Below, in pieces: positions 47,529-51,651 of a stretch of DNA of 51,651 nt (the first letter of the stretch is position 1; the number at the start of each line of letters is the position of its first letter). Under the pieces are notes generated by a model that was not told the DNA's origin, did no database searches, and saw nothing but the letters and a program-made list of their open reading frames with translations. The DNA is taken from contig JAVZBY010000002.1 of NCBI GenBank assembly GCA_038874655.1, positions 150,050-201,700 on the forward strand. The letters are read 5' to 3'. A program made the translations under genes and the position numbers. The stretch is from Candidatus Woesearchaeota archaeon. GTDB taxonomy: Archaea > Nanobdellota > Nanobdellia > Woesearchaeales > GW2011-AR15.

Positions 47529-47705
47529 ATGGAAGAATCAATCATAAACTTAGTTAAATCAGTTAAAGAAAAAAAGCCTCTATGTATTATTTGTGAAGAG
47601 AAAGAGGCAGACTATTGTATTAAAGGTATTCCTAAGGATTGTTATTGTTATGATTGTGCTATAGAAAGCTTTGGTTCTGTGGATGTTCTGGAAAAATTAA
47701 ACTAA
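47529..47705 (+). CDS. 58-aa zinc-finger microprotein (not in ORF track)
   Basis: MEESIINLVKSVKEKKPLCIICEEKEADYCIKGIPKDCYCYDCAIESFGSVDVLEKLN*; GC higher than the flanking intergenic DNA. Confidence 0.75.
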   Translation: MEESIINLVKSVKEKKPLCIICEEKEADYCIKGIPKDCYCYDCAIESFGSVDVLEKLN

Positions 47706-47930
47706 AATTAAACTAATTTTTTTTTAATTAATTTAATTATAATTAATCAAATAATTATTTATAACTATAAATTATTGTATGAAATTATTAACTTTTAATT
47801 TTTTGTATATTTTTTAATCATATATTTTTTATTGATTATTTTTAATAATTTATATTGGCATATTTATTTTATTTTATATATTTTAATTAAAGAAAAACTT
47901 TATATATGATAAAAATTATATTCTTATTAT

Positions 47931-47977
47931 ACACAATTTATTGTGCTGTTTTTTTTATATAACACAATATATTGTGT
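47931..47977. promoter_or_regulatory. Tandem NrdR-box-like operators upstream of nrdJ
   Basis: ACACAATTTATTGTGC (47931) and the perfect palindrome ACACAATATATTGTGT (47962) start 31 nt apart; TATA tttatata at 47899. Confidence 0.75.
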
Positions 47978-48041
47978 TTTTATTTTAATCTAATCATTTT
48001 TAATCTATTTAATAAATATATAAAAATAGTGGGTGGGGAAT

Positions 48042-50015
48042 ATGGGATTAAAAGAAGAATATGAAGTATTTATGTCAAAAATACCAGAAAGCGAAAAACT
48101 TGGTTTTAATGACAACCAATTAAGAGTAATTTATGCAAAATATCTAAAAAGGGACTTAGATGGAAATGTTGTTGAAACACCTTTGGGAATGTTCAAAAGA
48201 ATAGCAAAAGAAATAGCAAAGCCAGATTATCAATATTTTTCTGATAAAGAAGTTGAAAAAATAGAAAATGATTTTCTAGATATGATGGTTAATCTTTATT
48301 TTTTGCCAGGAGGTAGAACATTAGCTAACGCAGGAACTCCTGTAAAAAATTTAGCTAATTGTTTTGTAATTCCTGTTGAAGATAGTATGGAAGGCATTTT
48401 TGAAGCAGTAAAAAAAGCAGCATTAATTCAAAAAAGAGGTGGCGGTGTTGGTTATTGTTTTTCAACATTAAGACCAAAAAATTCATGGGTAGCAGGTTCA
48501 TCTGGAATTGCATCAGGGCCAATTTCCTTTATGAGAGTTTTTGATGTAATGTGTTCAACAATTATGCAAGGCAATAGAAGAGGAGCCCAAATGGCTACTT
48601 TTCATGTTTGGCACCCAGATATAGAAGAATTTATATCTGCAAAAGATGACTTAACTCAATTTACAAATTTCAATATTTCAGTAATGTTAGATGATAAGTT
48701 CATGCATGCAGTTGAGAATAATGAAGACTATGAATTAATTGATCCACATACTAACAAAGTAGTAAGAAAAGTTAATGCTCGTGAATTATTTGATAAAATA
48801 GCCTTACATGCATGGAAAACAGGTGAGCCAGGGGTTTTATTTGTTGATACTGCAAACAAGCACAATACAGTTCCACATTTAGGAAAATTTAAAGCAACTA
48901 ATCCATGTGCAGAAATATGGCTTTTAGATTATGAAGTTTGTAATTTAGGTTCAATAAATTTGGATAAAATGGTCAAAAATGGAAAAGTAGATTGGGATTT
49001 ACTAAAAGATATAACAAAAAAAGGTATTCATTTCTTAGATAATGTTATTGATGCGGGTGAATATCCTACTCCAGAAATAACAGAAATGGCAAAAAAAACA
49101 AGAAGAATTGGGTTAGGAATTTTAGGTTTTGCTGATATGCTTTATCAATTAGGTATTCCATATTCTAGTCAAGAAGCAAGGGATTTAGCAAGAAAAATAA
49201 TGAAAACTATTGATGAGGTAGGTTGGCAAGAGAGTGAGAGATTAGCAAAAATCAAAGGCGAATTTCCAGCATGGAAAGGCAGCACATTTGAAAAACAAAA
49301 CAGAAAAGTTAGAAATTGTGCTATAACAGCAATAGCACCAACAGGAACATTAAGCATGGTTGCAGACACAAGTGGTGGAGCAGAACCAAATTTTGCAATA
49401 GCCTATATTAAAAACTCACATAGCATAAAACAAAGCTTTACTTATGTAAATAAACACTTTGAAAAGGTTGCAAAAGAAAGAGGTTTTTACTCAGAAGAAC
49501 TTATGGATAAAATAGCTAAAAAAGGCACACTAGATGAATTTGATGAAATTCCAGAAGATGTTAAAAAAGTCTTTGAAGTAGCCTATAATATAACTCCAGA
49601 GCAGCATGTTTTAATGCAAGCAGCATTCCAAGAATATGTTAGTAATGCAGTATCAAAAACAATAAACTTTCCTAATTCAGCTTCAATTGAAGATGTTAAA
49701 AAAGCATATTTCTTAGCATGGAAAACAGGATGTAAAGGTTGCACTGTTTATAGAGACGGTTCAAGACAAAACCAAGTTTTAGAAATTAAAAAAGATAAAA
49801 AAGATGAAAAAAAGGACATTGAACAAAAAGCAAAAATAGAGAAAAATGAAACAATTATAGATCATAAAGAACATAAAAATAAAGAATCAAAAGAATTAGA
49901 TTTAAACCTAAATCCAAAACAATTAACACATTGTCCAGAATGCAACACAAAACTAGTAAAGCAAGAAGGCTGTAATATATGTCCTAATTGTGGTTATGGT
50001 GCATGTAGTCATTAA
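48042..50015 (+). CDS. nrdJ: Class II (adenosylcobalamin-dependent) ribonucleotide reductase with C-terminal Zn ribbon
   Basis: NCFV, GGGVG..FS.LRP, RRGAQM, GEPG, TNPCAE, CNLGSINL, IAPTGT, SKTIN, G.KG.TVYRDGSR, CPEC..EGC..C..CG. ATG 48042 follows gggtgggg. Confidence 0.95.
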   Translation: MGLKEEYEVFMSKIPESEKLGFNDNQLRVIYAKYLKRDLDGNVVETPLGMFKRIAKEIAKPDYQYFSDKEVEKIENDFLDMMVNLYFLPGGRTLANAGTPVKNLANCFVIPVEDSMEGIFEAVKKAALIQKRGGGVGYCFSTLRPKNSWVAGSSGIASGPISFMRVFDVMCSTIMQGNRRGAQMATFHVWHPDIEEFISAKDDLTQFTNFNISVMLDDKFMHAVENNEDYELIDPHTNKVVRKVNARELFDKIALHAWKTGEPGVLFVDTANKHNTVPHLGKFKATNPCAEIWLLDYEVCNLGSINLDKMVKNGKVDWDLLKDITKKGIHFLDNVIDAGEYPTPEITEMAKKTRRIGLGILGFADMLYQLGIPYSSQEARDLARKIMKTIDEVGWQESERLAKIKGEFPAWKGSTFEKQNRKVRNCAITAIAPTGTLSMVADTSGGAEPNFAIAYIKNSHSIKQSFTYVNKHFEKVAKERGFYSEELMDKIAKKGTLDEFDEIPEDVKKVFEVAYNITPEQHVLMQAAFQEYVSNAVSKTINFPNSASIEDVKKAYFLAWKTGCKGCTVYRDGSRQNQVLEIKKDKKDEKKDIEQKAKIEKNETIIDHKEHKNKESKELDLNLNPKQLTHCPECNTKLVKQEGCNICPNCGYGACSH

Positions 50016-50050
50016 ATTGTTAAAACTTTAATTAAATTTTTTTATTTAAT

Positions 50051-50368
50051 TTAAATTTCATCAACTGTAAACAATCTAGAATTATTAACTTTAAATAATC
50101 TGATTCTTGCACCAGCATCAAGCCAACCGTGAGAGTAATTTAAACAAGCAAATGCATTAATAAAATCCTTATTTTTATAAAAAAATTCAGCATCACTATA
50201 ATATCTTTTAGCCATATCTAAAAAATCTAATGCATGTTCTTTTCTAGTTTCATCAATCCCTTTTTTATCTACTTCTTCTAATGCTTCTTTTGTTATTGAA
50301 AAATACTTTTTTAATTTTTCTTCGCTTATTATGTTTATTAACTTATCATCTTTCATTTTTTTGTTCAT
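50051..50368 (-). CDS. DUF357 domain protein
   Basis: MAKRYYSDA.FF....D..NAFA.LNY.HGWLDAG. Confidence 0.9.
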   Translation of the reverse strand: MNKKMKDDKLINIISEEKLKKYFSITKEALEEVDKKGIDETRKEHALDFLDMAKRYYSDAEFFYKNKDFINAFACLNYSHGWLDAGARIRLFKVNNSRLFTVDEI

Positions 50369-50616
50369 GATTACTTAAAAAGTTAAATTATTTTTAAATC
50401 ATTCTTAAAATTTACCTACTATATTATTGCTATTTACTATTATATTAGTATACTTTTTTCACAACTAATATACAAATAATCGTTAAATTTATATATCTGT
50501 TTTAATTACTTAATATTAGTTAGATATACTTAGATTCAAAACTAATTCCTCGATAAAGAATAAAAACAGACCAAAAATAGATAAAAGGCTTCACGATAAA
50601 ATTATAAGGTGTAATT

Positions 50617-51177
50617 ATGGAAGTGAAACAAAAATTACAGATAAACAAGACAATAGCAATAGCACTTCCTTTAATTTTTGGATTAGCTCTGATTATCTTC
50701 CTTACTATGTTAATCTTTAATGTAACTGATTATGGTATAACAATAGCATCTTTTGGTGCTTCTATTTTCATGATACTCTCGCACAAATCAATAAATAAAA
50801 AAATGCTTTATGGTTCTTACATAGTTGGAACTTTTGTTGGTTATTTATTTTCAACATTAACTACAATAAAATCTCTAAATGTAGCATTAGCAGCAATCTC
50901 TTCAATCTTAATTATGACTCTATTAGATTTACAACATGCTCCTGCAGTTGGTATTTCAGCTGCAATTGTTTTAAACAAATTTAGTTTTTGGGTTGATCTT
51001 TTAATTTTAATCTATATATTTTTTATATTCACACTAACTTGGTTATTAAAATTGCATATAACAGATCCAAATAAAGTTTTAACTTATTTGCCAATAGCAG
51101 AAATAAAAGAAGAAAAAATAAAATGGAACATTAGAGAAAAAACCACACCGGATTATTTAAAATTAAAACCTTACTAA
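50617..51177 (+). CDS. HPP-family membrane protein
   Basis: ASFGAS and QHAPA (HPP-equivalent) motifs; about five TM segments; SD aaggtg. Confidence 0.75.
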   Translation: MEVKQKLQINKTIAIALPLIFGLALIIFLTMLIFNVTDYGITIASFGASIFMILSHKSINKKMLYGSYIVGTFVGYLFSTLTTIKSLNVALAAISSILIMTLLDLQHAPAVGISAAIVLNKFSFWVDLLILIYIFFIFTLTWLLKLHITDPNKVLTYLPIAEIKEEKIKWNIREKTTPDYLKLKPY

Positions 51178-51299
51178 TGGCTAGTTATAAAGTTAGAATT
51201 ATGAATAAATTTATTTAATAAACTTCTTAGTAAATATAATTTATAGGCTAATGGGTTATCAAAAGATTTATATTCATATAGGTATTACTTATTTTGAAA

Positions 51300-51560
51300 A
51301 TGGTATTAGATGAAATTGCTTCTGCATTGGAAAAAAGAAAAGCAGAATTAATTGAAATGCTCCAAAATAGAGATAATCCTTTAGAGAAACAACATCAATT
51401 GTATGGTGCAATAAATGAAATAGAGTTATTTTTACAAACTTTAAGTTATTATGAAAAAAACAGAAACGAAGAAAATGAAACTATAAAACTAGTAAAACCA
51501 CCAGAAAAAAAAGAATCTATTATCTCAAGGTTATTTTCGGGTTTTAGAAATAATAAATAA
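51300..51560 (+). CDS. Hypothetical helical protein
   Basis: EKQHQLYGAINEIE motif; TATA tttatatt upstream; ATG 51300. Confidence 0.65.
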   Translation: MVLDEIASALEKRKAELIEMLQNRDNPLEKQHQLYGAINEIELFLQTLSYYEKNRNEENETIKLVKPPEKKESIISRLFSGFRNNK

Positions 51561-51651
51561 ACAAATTAAATAACTTTCTATTTTAAGTTTTTATTCTAAA
51601 AATTTCTGGTTTTTATTTATAAAACTAGGAAATAATTTTTAAACTAAATTA

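Noticed and set aside
48042-50015. Intein or intron in RNR (also considered for the helicases and Cdc6)
   Set aside because: Motif spacing is continuous, and I saw no intein splice-junction or LAGLIDADG motifs.
50500-50616. Long leader of the HPP gene (two cgataaa copies) as a riboswitch
   Set aside because: No recognisable riboswitch consensus or stable pairing.
1-51651. tRNA, rRNA, CRISPR arrays, transposases, integrases
   Set aside because: I saw no GC-rich structured RNA segments, repeat-spacer arrays or recombinase motifs; a tRNAscan/Infernal run would confirm.

Overview
Very AT-rich archaeal chromosomal DNA. The gene set (Cdc6/Orc1, GINS, eL42/Rpl44e, Kae1, short Dph2, Lhr, EndoQ, PINA-like ATPase, DUF357), TATA/BRE promoters and many apparently leaderless genes point to a DPANN lineage, probably Woesearchaeota-like (inference). 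Most of the window is housekeeping: ArgRS, SerRS, argG/argH, SOD-Bcp-TrxR, class II RNR and helicases. The best candidate for an undescribed system is at 342-4737, where three signal-peptide proteins share a ~200-aa beta-rich domain ending in YYF(F/Y)xEL. One of them carries this domain at the end of a long Ig-like modular protein. Between them lie an HTH regulator with a palindromic operator and an unannotated, doubly coupled 34-codon micro-ORF with exact 24-nt periodicity. I propose this as a candidate surface filament or appendage locus. Other notable items: a frameshifted PD-(D/E)xK nuclease, tandem NrdR-like boxes behind an archaeal TATA box, a half Hel308, a PINA lacking PIN and KH domains, a stand-alone HPF-like protein, an MNT-HEPN pair with operator, an RDD-SppA fusion, two more small ORFs missed by the track, and a foreign high-GC fragment in the first ~90 bp. 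I saw no rRNA, tRNA, CRISPR array or transposase. All family assignments come from recognising motifs by eye; no searches were run.
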